From positions 1-61,149 of the forward strand of contig JBBQJG010000001.1 of NCBI GenBank assembly GCA_038325725.1: DNA of 61,149 bases. Direction: 5' to 3'. Position 1 is the stretch's first letter. The number at the start of each line of letters is the position of its first letter. The position numbers and the translations under genes were made by a program. The notes below the pieces were generated by a model that was not told the DNA's origin, searched no databases, and saw nothing but the letters and a program-made list of their open reading frames with translations. Source of the stretch: Polyangia bacterium. Lineage in GTDB: Bacteria; Myxococcota_A; Polyangia; Fen-1088. Shown piece after piece: positions 11,145 through 19,003 of the stretch.

Positions 11145-12020
11145 CTACAGGCCGTTGCGCGTGCCCTTCGCCAAGATCTTCGCACTGCCCAAGCTCTGCG
11201 CGGGGAGCAGCGTCGTGTGGATCTGGTTCAGCGTCATGGTCCCGATGTCGAGCTTGCCGCTCTTGAGCGCCCACAGCACGATCTCGTAATTGTTGATCCC
11301 GCCGCCGCCCGGACCCTCATAGCCGGGTGTGCCGCCGAAGGCGCTCTTCCACGACGCGCCCGCGGGCGTCGTCGGCATCGCGCCGCGCGGCAGGTTGGCC
11401 ATTAACATGACCTCGGTTGGCTTGATGTCATACAGGACGAAGTGCGTGTTCTGCGCCGTGGAATCGTAAATCGTGAGCGCGAAGCTGAGCGTCGCGGCGG
11501 GCGCGCCCGTCCAGTGGAGCTCGGGCGACTGGTTCATGGGCGCGGACGCGGAGGCCGGAAACACGAGGCCGCCGTCCGCCATCTTGAAGGTGGGCGACGT
11601 GAGCGTGAACGCGCCCGCGTCGGCGTTCGCGCCCGCGTCGCTGCCGCCGTCACTCGTCGAGCCGGCGGCGCCCGTCGATCCGCCGTTGCCCGCGGCGCTC
11701 GAGCCGGCGGCGCCCGTCGCGCCGGCGCTGCCCGCGGCGCCCGTCGCGCCCGCGGCGCCCGTCGCGCCCGCGCTGCCCGCGGCGCCCGTCGAGCCGGCGG
11801 CGCCCGCCGTTCCCGCGGCTCCCGAGGTTCCCGCGGTGGCGGTCGATCCAGCGCTGCCCGCCGCCCCGGTCGAGCCGGCGTTGCCGGCGGTGCCCGCCGT
11901 TCCGGAGCTCCCTGCCGTTCCGCTGCCCGCCGGCGAGCCCCCTGACGAACATCCGTGGATCAGCAGCGCGCCCACAAGCGCTCCGAAAATACCGAGCCCC
12001 CCGCGCGTCGACCTATTCAT
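11145..12020 (-). CDS. YbhB/YbcL (PEBP) family lipoprotein with a G-[STA]-[AT]-G low-complexity tether
   Basis: Lipobox LLIHG/CSSGG. About 100 aa of GTAG-type linker. PEBP-like C-terminal domain (SPELHWTGAP...FALTIYD...HFVLYDI...YEIVLWAL). GGAG lies 7 nt upstream of the ATG at 12020. Confidence 0.8.
   Translation of the reverse strand: MNRSTRGGLGIFGALVGALLIHGCSSGGSPAGSGTAGSSGTAGTAGNAGSTGAAGSAGSTATAGTSGAAGTAGAAGSTGAAGSAGATGAAGATGAAGSAGATGAAGSSAAGNGGSTGAAGSTSDGGSDAGANADAGAFTLTSPTFKMADGGLVFPASASAPMNQSPELHWTGAPAATLSFALTIYDSTAQNTHFVLYDIKPTEVMLMANLPRGAMPTTPAGASWKSAFGGTPGYEGPGGGGINNYEIVLWALKSGKLDIGTMTLNQIHTTLLPAQSLGSAKILAKGTRNGL
11640..11940. repeat. degenerate GC-rich triplet-phase repeat encoding the G-x-x-G tether
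   Basis: Repeated gcggcgcccgtcg(a/c)gcc-type units are visible. The opposite-strand ORF (PAAPVAPA...) is a shadow. Confidence 0.7.
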
Positions 12021-12375
12021 CAGATCTCCTCGTCTCCTCGAAGTTGAGAGTCATGGGCTGCCGAGCGTCCCGCGATGCCGCCGGCCGATGGTGCATCCTT
12101 CGGCGAAGCTCTGCAACGGCGCGCGCGTATCACGCCTGCGCGCTCATGGTAATCACGAGTCGAGTTTTTCCTGAGGCGACGGCGGCGGCGTTCGGGGGAG
12201 CGTCCGCCGCCGGCGCCGCAGGATTTGTCCCGGAACGCAGACCGACGCCGTAGGGTCCGCACCTCTCGCGCAGCGCGCTCGTCGTTTCTACACGCGCCGC
12301 CGTTCGGTCCTGACAGAACGGCACGCCGCGAACGAAATCTGGTCGCGCGGCGGCGAGATCTCACGGCGGCGCACG

Positions 12376-12391
12376 TGGCCCCTTCATTGCA
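12376..12391 (+). promoter_or_regulatory. candidate sigma-54 -24/-12 element TGGCCC-N5-TTGCA
   Basis: TGGCCCCTTCATTGCA has the exact GG-N10-GC spacing of the TGGCAC-N5-TTGCW consensus. It lies 13 nt upstream of the ATG at 12404. An inverted repeat GCCGTTC-N10-GAACGGC sits at 12299-12322, upstream of it. Confidence 0.3.
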
Positions 12392-12403
12392 ATTCCGACG
12401 AGC

Positions 12404-14236
12404 ATGCGGCGAAGCCTGTGTGTGTCGGGAGTGATCGTGTCGTTGAGCGTGCTCGCAACCGCCGAGGCGCGCGCCGACGACGCGGGCACGACCTCGCTCG
12501 CCGCAACGGACTTCACGTTGACGCTCGCGAGCGTCGACGGCGCCGGCCACGCAACGACGCTCACGGCCGACCAGCTCACGACGTACTTCAGCCTGGCGCG
12601 GTGCGCGTGCCCGACGAACGTCCTCGCGACGTTGACCCTCGCCGCGACCGCCGCCGCCAGCCTCGGAACGCACCTCGTCGACGCGCAGCTCGTCGTCGGC
12701 GCCGACTGCGACAACTCGGCGGCGACGGGCTGCACGTCGGTGGGCGCGACGCTGACGCTGTCGGCGAGCAAGACGTCGACGGGCGCGAGTGTCGCGACGT
12801 CGGCGATCTTCAGCGCCGCGGGGCGCGCCTCCTGCGCCGCGACGTCGACGTCGTCGACGCGCCTGTGGGCCATCGCGCGACTCGACGGGACGCGACTCGC
12901 GACCGAGCCGTCGGTCGCGCTCACGCTCGGCGACGCGGGCCCGAAGGCGCCCACGGCCGTGAAGGCGCAGTCCGCCGATTCGGGGTTGCTCGTGTCGTGG
13001 ACGGCGACGGGCGACGCGACGACGCTGCGGGGACACCAGGTGCTCTGCTCACCGGGCCCCACGCCGGCGGCGACGGCGAGCTACGACACCTGCGGCACGG
13101 CGGCGCCCCTAGGAGACGCCGGCGCCGGTCCGTTCGCGACGCTCGACCCTCAGTTCGTCTGCTCGGGCCTCGTCGGTGTCGGGACGAATTCGGTTCGCGT
13201 CCACGGCCTCGAGAACGGCCGCGTCTATCAGCTCGCCGTCGTCGCCGTCGGGGTCGACGGCACGCCGAGCGCGGCGTCGACGCTCGCCGAGGGGACGCCC
13301 GCGCCGACGGTCGGGTTCGACGATCTCTACAAGGCCGGCGGCGGCACGGCGACGGGCGGGTGCGCCGTCGGAGGCGCCACCTCTCCGAACACCGCGGTCA
13401 TCGGCGCGGCGCTCGCCCTCGCGCTTCTTTGGCGACGACGGCGACACTCACTTCGCCGCAACGCGCTTCGCCGCGACAAGCTTCGCCGGGGCGTGACGTC
13501 TCTGCTCGTCCTCGTCGTCGTCACGACCGTCATCGAGCGGCGGGCGCGCGCCGACTTCGACGACGGGCCGTCTCCCCTCACCGTTTCGGACGACGCGCGC
13601 GCGCTCGCCTCGCCGCGCAGCTGGAACCTCGAGCTGCGCTTCGGCCCCTACCGTCCCGACGTCGACAGCGAGTTCACCAACCGAGGACAGAGCGCCCGGC
13701 CCTTCGAGCAGCTCTTCTCTTCGTCGCAGCGGCTCATGATGCAGCTCGAGATCGATCGCCAGCTGCTCCACCGTGCGGGCACGTGGTCCGTCGGTCTCGG
13801 CGTCGGCTACTACAGGGCTTCGGCCGCAGCCTTGACCGCCAATCTGACGACGCCCTCCGGCGACGAGACCGCCCTGCGCCTCGTCCCACTGTCGGCGGCG
13901 CTCGTCTATCGCGCCGACCAGTTGCGCCTCCGCTACGGCTCGCCCGTCGTGCCCTACGCGAAGCTCGGCCTCGACTGCACGCTTTGGCACACGAGCGACA
14001 CGTCGCAGGCGAGCACCGCCGGCCGCACGTTCGGCTGGCACGCGGCGGCGGGCTTTTCTCTCGACCTCGCCAGCCTCGATCCCGAGGCCGCGCGCGCCAT
14101 GGATCGCGAGTCCGGCGTCAATCAAACCGCCTTGTTCTTCGAGGTCGCCCGCTACAGCCTCGACGGCTTCGGATCGGGCTCGGTCCTCCACGTCGGCGAC
14201 ACGACGTGGTTCGGCGGCCTCATGCTCGAGTTCTGA
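12404..14236 (+). CDS. secreted FN3-like protein with an internal MYXO-CTERM-type signal, continuous in frame with a C-terminal beta-barrel-like module (possibly two genes fused or mis-joined)
   Basis: Signal peptide MRRSLCVSGVIVSLSVLATAEARA/DD. At aa ~320-347: GGGTATGGCAVGG...VIGAALALALLWRRRRH (Gly-Cys, TM helix, Arg cluster). There is no in-frame stop. Next comes an LRR-x2-LRR-x2-LRR linker, then VTSLLVLVVVTTVIERRARA/DFDD, then a region of alternating strands ending GGLMLEF. Confidence 0.6.
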   Translation: MRRSLCVSGVIVSLSVLATAEARADDAGTTSLAATDFTLTLASVDGAGHATTLTADQLTTYFSLARCACPTNVLATLTLAATAAASLGTHLVDAQLVVGADCDNSAATGCTSVGATLTLSASKTSTGASVATSAIFSAAGRASCAATSTSSTRLWAIARLDGTRLATEPSVALTLGDAGPKAPTAVKAQSADSGLLVSWTATGDATTLRGHQVLCSPGPTPAATASYDTCGTAAPLGDAGAGPFATLDPQFVCSGLVGVGTNSVRVHGLENGRVYQLAVVAVGVDGTPSAASTLAEGTPAPTVGFDDLYKAGGGTATGGCAVGGATSPNTAVIGAALALALLWRRRRHSLRRNALRRDKLRRGVTSLLVLVVVTTVIERRARADFDDGPSPLTVSDDARALASPRSWNLELRFGPYRPDVDSEFTNRGQSARPFEQLFSSSQRLMMQLEIDRQLLHRAGTWSVGLGVGYYRASAAALTANLTTPSGDETALRLVPLSAALVYRADQLRLRYGSPVVPYAKLGLDCTLWHTSDTSQASTAGRTFGWHAAAGFSLDLASLDPEAARAMDRESGVNQTALFFEVARYSLDGFGSGSVLHVGDTTWFGGLMLEF

Positions 14237-14237
14237 G

Positions 14238-15644
14238 CTACAGCCCCGCGAGCGGACCGTCGGCGTCGCCGACCTTCGCGTTGACGCCCAACGTTCCGAT
14301 GACGCTCGTGAGCAGGTTGCCCACCTTCGTGTGCGTCGCCTGCGGGAACAGGAGGTGCTTGCCGGGCGTGAACGCGCCGCCACCGTGACCCGCGAGGATG
14401 ACGGGCATGTCGTCGTGGTTGTGGCGGTCGCCGTCGGAGATCTCGCTCGAGAAGAAGACCGACGAGTTGTAGAGCATGTTGCTCGTCCCCTCGGTGACGG
14501 ACTTCATCTTCGTGAGCAGGTACGCGAACAGCTGGAGCTCGTAGGTCCCGATCTGCTGCAGCATCATGAGGTTCGGCGCCATCATCCCGTGGTGCGAGAT
14601 GTCGTGGTGGCCGCGCGAGATGCCGAGGTTGTTGTACGTGCGGTTGCTGCCGGCATTCCCAAGCATGAAGCTGATGATGCGCGTGGCGTCGCATTGCATC
14701 GCGAGCACCATGAGGTCGCTCATGGTCTTGACCTGCATGTCGAAGTCCGCATTCATTGCAACAGGCTTGATCGCCGGCTTCGTGCACGCCGCCGTGGGCG
14801 TCGCGACGTCGGCCTGACGCTCGAGCTCGCGCACGCCCGACAGGTACTGGTCCAGCTTCTCGGCGTCGGTCTTGCCGAGCTTGGCGCTCAAGGCCATGGC
14901 GTCGGCGACCGCCGAATCGAGGACGCTCTTCTGGTAGGCGCGGCGCTTGTCGCGATCGGCCACAGATGACGTCGGATCGAAGCCCATGAAGATCTGGTCG
15001 AAGATCTGCGAGTTGCTCGTGAGCTTCGGCAGCGGCGACATCGCGTCGGCCCACGAGATGTTGCGCGCGTAGGCGCAGCCGTAGCCGCTGTCGCAGCCGC
15101 CCGCCGAGCTGCCGCCGTCGATGCCGAGCTGCATGGACGGCAGGCGCGTCGCCTTGCCGACGGCCTGCGCCGCGATCTGGTCGGCCGAGATGCCGTTCAT
15201 GATGACGGACTCGGACTTGAACGGGTGCGCGCACGTGATGAACGCGCCCGTGCCCGAGGCGTGATCTCCGGGGCCGTCGGGCTTCGCGAGGGCGTTCTCG
15301 AGGCCCGTGAGGAACGTGAACTCCGACTTGAGCGCCTCGAGCGGCTTCAACATCGTCGTGATCTCGAAGTTCGTGCCCGTGGTCATCGGCCAAAAATCGC
15401 CGCGTGTGTTGCCGTCGAACCCACAAGGCACGTAGTAGAAGATCACGCGCTTCGGCGCCGTCACCGCTTGCGCGCGCGCCGCGCGCGGCACGAGCGACTC
15501 GAAGAACGGCAACCCGATGGCGACGGCGGCGCCGCCGCCCAGGAACAAGCGACGCGACACGCGCGTCGGCGCTCCGTCACGCAGGGTCGTCGGCGCGAGC
15601 GCGTGGCGGCCGATGGAATCGCGCACGGACTCCGACGATTTCAT
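14238..15644 (-). CDS. DUF1552 domain protein with a Tat signal
   Basis: The N-terminus carries SRRLFLGGGAAVAIGLPFFESLVPRAARA. The start overlaps the upstream stop (ATGA). The sulfatase-like DUF1552 body is as I recall it for partners of DUF1592 proteins. The track ORF extending to 16637 is a shadow extension. Confidence 0.8.
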   Translation of the reverse strand: MKSSESVRDSIGRHALAPTTLRDGAPTRVSRRLFLGGGAAVAIGLPFFESLVPRAARAQAVTAPKRVIFYYVPCGFDGNTRGDFWPMTTGTNFEITTMLKPLEALKSEFTFLTGLENALAKPDGPGDHASGTGAFITCAHPFKSESVIMNGISADQIAAQAVGKATRLPSMQLGIDGGSSAGGCDSGYGCAYARNISWADAMSPLPKLTSNSQIFDQIFMGFDPTSSVADRDKRRAYQKSVLDSAVADAMALSAKLGKTDAEKLDQYLSGVRELERQADVATPTAACTKPAIKPVAMNADFDMQVKTMSDLMVLAMQCDATRIISFMLGNAGSNRTYNNLGISRGHHDISHHGMMAPNLMMLQQIGTYELQLFAYLLTKMKSVTEGTSNMLYNSSVFFSSEISDGDRHNHDDMPVILAGHGGGAFTPGKHLLFPQATHTKVGNLLTSVIGTLGVNAKVGDADGPLAGL

Positions 15645-17398
15645 GGCGTCCCTCCCACGGGCTCGCCGCGGCGTTTGGTGAACGTGTCTCCCGTGACGAT
15701 CGCCGCGATGAGATCCGCGAACTGGTAACCGCCCGTGCGGAAGGTGTTCGCGTAGCCGTACAGCAGCGCCGGGTCCATGTGGTTCGGCGTCGTCTCGGGC
15801 CCGCGGCCGAGCGCGTACGTGTACAGCTTCTGCGTGACGCACGACGCGAAGCCGGGGTCCTTCGTGACGAGCCCGGCCAGCTCGCCCGCGCCGTCGAACG
15901 TGCGCCCGTCGGGGAGCTTGCCCGACGAGTCGACGGGGAACGTGCCGTCCATTGTCCGGTACGCGCCGATCGGATCGTAGTTCTCGAGGCCGAAGCCCAT
16001 CGGATCCATGACGACGTGGCAAACCGCGCACGGGTTCATGTGGTGCTTCTCGAGCCGCTGGCGGAGCGACTGCATGCCCGCCGTCGACATGTCGAGCTTC
16101 GCGGCGGCCGCGTTGGGCGGCGGCGAGATCGTCTGACACATGAGCTGCTCGAGGATCCACTTGCCGCGCAGGACGGGCGACGTGCTCGTCGGGTGCGACG
16201 TCACCGTGAGGAACGAGCCGTGCGTGAGGAAGCCCGCCCTGTGCGTCGTATCGGTGAGCGGCACCTTCTGCATGGCCGCGCCCGTGATCGGCGGCAGGCC
16301 GTAGTGCTTCGCGAGGCGAGCGTTCGCGTACGTGTAGTCCGAGAGCAGCAGCTTCTCCGCTGACAAGCCCCCGAACAGGACGTCCTTGAGCATGAGGTAC
16401 GTCTCCTGCTTCATGGCATCGCGCAGGGGCGCGTCGAAGCCTGGGAACACCTTCGGGTCGGGCTGCACCTCGTCGACGATGCGCGTGTAGAGCCACTGGC
16501 CGCCGAAGTTGTCGACGAGCGCGCTGGCCTTTCCGTCGGCGAGCATGCGCGTGACCTGCGCGCGCAGCTGCGTCGGGTCGGTGAGCTTGCCGGCGTCGGC
16601 CGCGGTGAAGAGCGCGTCGTCGGGCATCGTGCTCCACAGGAAGTACGACAGGCGCGAGGCGAACTCGTGGTTCGTGAGAGCGTGCGGCGTCGTCGACGTC
16701 GGCGTGGGATCGAGCTCGATGCGGTAAAGAAAGTTCGGCGACATGAGCGTCGCCTGCAGCGCGAGGCCGACGCCCACCTCGAAGCTATCGCCGTTCGTGC
16801 GCGCGAGCGTCACGGGCACCATGAGGTGGTCGACCTCGGCGTCAGTGAGCGGGCGGCGCCAGGCGCGGCGGCCGAAGGCGCGCAGGATCGTCCGCGCGCA
16901 CGTCTCGCCCGCGGTCGTCAGATCGCACGTGAGGATCTTCGCGCGCTGCGCGCCCGCGAGCGCCGTCGTCACGAGCGCCTCGGTCGTCGACTGATAGAGC
17001 TGCGTGTGCACGGGCGACACGGTGAGCACGTCGGCGATGTTGTCGAAGCCGTAGCCGCGATCGTCCTGCGGAAACGCGTCGGCCGGGTGGTTCGTTGCGC
17101 CCAAAAGATCGCGGACGGTGTTGTTGTACTCGGCGCGGTTGAGGCGGTGGACGGTGACGCGGCCCGGATCGGTGCCGACCGCCGGCGCCGTCGCGCCCGC
17201 CGTGCCGGTGGCCGGGCCCGCGCCTGCCGTGCCGACGGAACCGGTATTGCCGCCATTCCCCGGGCCCGGGGGCCCGACGTTGCCGCCGCCGCCCGAGGGG
17301 CCGACGCCCGAGATCTGGCCCGTGCACGCCGCGCAGCACAGCCACGTGAACGACAGCAATGCGGCGGCGAATCTCGAGGGGCTCGGAGACTTGGTCAT
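15641..17398 (-). CDS. DUF1592/DUF1588/DUF1585-type multidomain lipoprotein with a CXXCH motif
   Basis: Start at MTKSPSPSRFAAALLSFTWLCCAAC, with GGAGG just upstream. Contains NPCAVCHVVMDPMGFGLENYD. Paired with the downstream DUF1552 gene. Confidence 0.8.
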   Translation of the reverse strand: MTKSPSPSRFAAALLSFTWLCCAACTGQISGVGPSGGGGNVGPPGPGNGGNTGSVGTAGAGPATGTAGATAPAVGTDPGRVTVHRLNRAEYNNTVRDLLGATNHPADAFPQDDRGYGFDNIADVLTVSPVHTQLYQSTTEALVTTALAGAQRAKILTCDLTTAGETCARTILRAFGRRAWRRPLTDAEVDHLMVPVTLARTNGDSFEVGVGLALQATLMSPNFLYRIELDPTPTSTTPHALTNHEFASRLSYFLWSTMPDDALFTAADAGKLTDPTQLRAQVTRMLADGKASALVDNFGGQWLYTRIVDEVQPDPKVFPGFDAPLRDAMKQETYLMLKDVLFGGLSAEKLLLSDYTYANARLAKHYGLPPITGAAMQKVPLTDTTHRAGFLTHGSFLTVTSHPTSTSPVLRGKWILEQLMCQTISPPPNAAAAKLDMSTAGMQSLRQRLEKHHMNPCAVCHVVMDPMGFGLENYDPIGAYRTMDGTFPVDSSGKLPDGRTFDGAGELAGLVTKDPGFASCVTQKLYTYALGRGPETTPNHMDPALLYGYANTFRTGGYQFADLIAAIVTGDTFTKRRGEPVGGTP

Positions 17399-17601
17399 TG
17401 ACCTCCGTGGGGGATAGACGGGGTGGCTCGACGAGCCAGGCACCGTGAACCTCGACTGAGCTTCCATGGTCCCATGGATAGACCGCGCGCGAGCGGAAAA
17501 AAGCTCATTTTCACGGTGTGCGACATCAAATTGGCGTCGCACGCGTTGCGCCGCGCGCATTTTCGGCGTTGCGCAACCGCCGCCGAGAGCGGGCGCGAGG
17601 C

Positions 17602-18255
17602 CTACGGACGCGAGAGCGCGCGCTGCAAGCGGCCCACGATGACGTCGAGCGCGGGCGCGTTCTCGCCCCCCTCGGGGATGATGAGATCGGCGAAGCGCTT
17701 CGACGGCTCGACGAACGCGAGGTGCATCGGACGCACCGTCGTCGTGTACTGCTCGCGCACCTGCGCGAACGTACGTCCGCGCTCTTCCATGTCGCGGCGC
17801 ATGCGACGCATGAGACGCACGTCGGCGTCGGTGTCGACGAAGATCTTGAGGTCGATGAGCGCGCGCAGCCGCGGATCGGACAGGACGAGGATGCCCTCGA
17901 GCACGACGACGGCCGCGGGCTCCACCCGGCGCGTCTCGCGCCGGCGCGCGTGCTCGCGAAAATCGTATTGGGGCATGTCGACGCCGCGGCCCGCGCGCAG
18001 CGCGAGCAGGTGCGTCTCGAGCAGCTCGGTCTCGACCGCGTCGGGGTGATCGAAGTTCACGTGCGCGCGCGCCTCGGGCGGCATCGCGGAGCGATCGCGG
18101 TAGTACGCGTCCTGCTCGATGAGCACGGCGGCGCCCGCGGGCAGACGTTCGAACAGGTTGCGCGCGACGGTCGTCTTGCCCGACCCCGTGCCGCCCGCGA
18201 CGCCCAACACGAAGACATCAAAAGCGCGGACGTCGAATCCTCGGTCGTCGCTCAT
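17602..18255 (-). CDS. udk: uridine kinase
   Basis: P-loop VLGVAGGTGSGKTTVARNL. Also VLVLEGILVL...KIFVDTDADVRLMRRMRRD..ERGR. The ATG at 18255 overlaps the upstream stop (ATGA). Confidence 0.9.
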   Translation of the reverse strand: MSDDRGFDVRAFDVFVLGVAGGTGSGKTTVARNLFERLPAGAAVLIEQDAYYRDRSAMPPEARAHVNFDHPDAVETELLETHLLALRAGRGVDMPQYDFREHARRRETRRVEPAAVVVLEGILVLSDPRLRALIDLKIFVDTDADVRLMRRMRRDMEERGRTFAQVREQYTTTVRPMHLAFVEPSKRFADLIIPEGGENAPALDVIVGRLQRALSRP

Positions 18256-18941
18256 GTGACCTTGCCCGGCAGCGCCTTGCGCTCGGCGCGGCGCTCGTCC
18301 TTGAGGCGTCGGTGCGCGGCGGGCTCGCTCTCGCCCGGCAGGCGCATCTTGATCTCGACGCTGCCCATGAAGACGAGCCCGTTCACGCGCAGGAGCGGCG
18401 CGTCCGGATCGGGGTGCGCGGGCGCGCGGTCGGCGTGCTCGAAGCTGCCCATGATGGCGACGCCGCTCGCGTCGACGGCGAGGCCGGGCGGCACGAGGAT
18501 CTCGACGCTGCTCATGACGGCGCGGATCTGGACGTCGAAGGGTCCGGCCGGCAGACGCGCGTCGCGGAAATCGAGCACGATAGAGCTCATCGTGCCGCGC
18601 ACGCGCATTCGGCGCGGCACGACCCAGGCGCCGCGCCGCTCCGTGCTGCTCATGAGTCCGAAGACGGTTTGCGCCGGGCGCACGTCGGCCGCGGGCACGA
18701 GCGCGGCGCGCGCCGCGGGCGCGGGCGCGTCGGCGAGCACGGGCAGATCGGCGACGAGCGCCGCGATCTCGCCGAGCGACTCGGCTTGGTGCGCGAGCGT
18801 CACGCGCCGCTCGAACTCGTCGACGTCGAGCGCGTCCTGCGCGAAGTGCTCCGAGAGCGTCGCGATGGCGCGCTCGCGCGCCTCGTGCACCCGCGTGAGC
18901 GCGAGGCGGGTTTCGGGCGAGGACGACGAAGAAGACGACAC
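18252..18941 (-). CDS. DUF1707 / LiaF-C-terminal-like domain protein
   Basis: N-terminus RERAIATLSEHFAQDALDVDEFERRVTLAHQA (DUF1707-like). The C-terminus has repeated beta-strand blocks MSSIVLDFRDARLP...MSSVEILVPPG...MGSVEIK, typical of the LiaF C-domain. No TM segment is evident. Confidence 0.65.
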   Translation of the reverse strand: MSSSSSSSPETRLALTRVHEARERAIATLSEHFAQDALDVDEFERRVTLAHQAESLGEIAALVADLPVLADAPAPAARAALVPAADVRPAQTVFGLMSSTERRGAWVVPRRMRVRGTMSSIVLDFRDARLPAGPFDVQIRAVMSSVEILVPPGLAVDASGVAIMGSFEHADRAPAHPDPDAPLLRVNGLVFMGSVEIKMRLPGESEPAAHRRLKDERRAERKALPGKVT

Positions 18942-19003
18942 GCGCGCAGCATAACGCGACCGGCGCTTGCCGCGTCGACGACGTTCGTTGTAGAGCCGAT
19001 CCC

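Noticed and set aside
7251-11405. Very long ORFs overlapping purL (7251-8975 +, 8581-10821 -, 9234-11405 +, and others)
   Set aside because: Their translations are Arg/Ala/Gly/Asp-rich with no family motifs. They lie antisense or out of frame to an unambiguous purL reading frame. These are classic high-GC shadow ORFs.
12044-12324. Small ORFs (69 aa +, 64 aa -) in the 383-nt intergenic region
   Set aside because: They have poor codon bias and Arg/Ala-rich translations with no start context. The region is better explained as a divergent promoter region.
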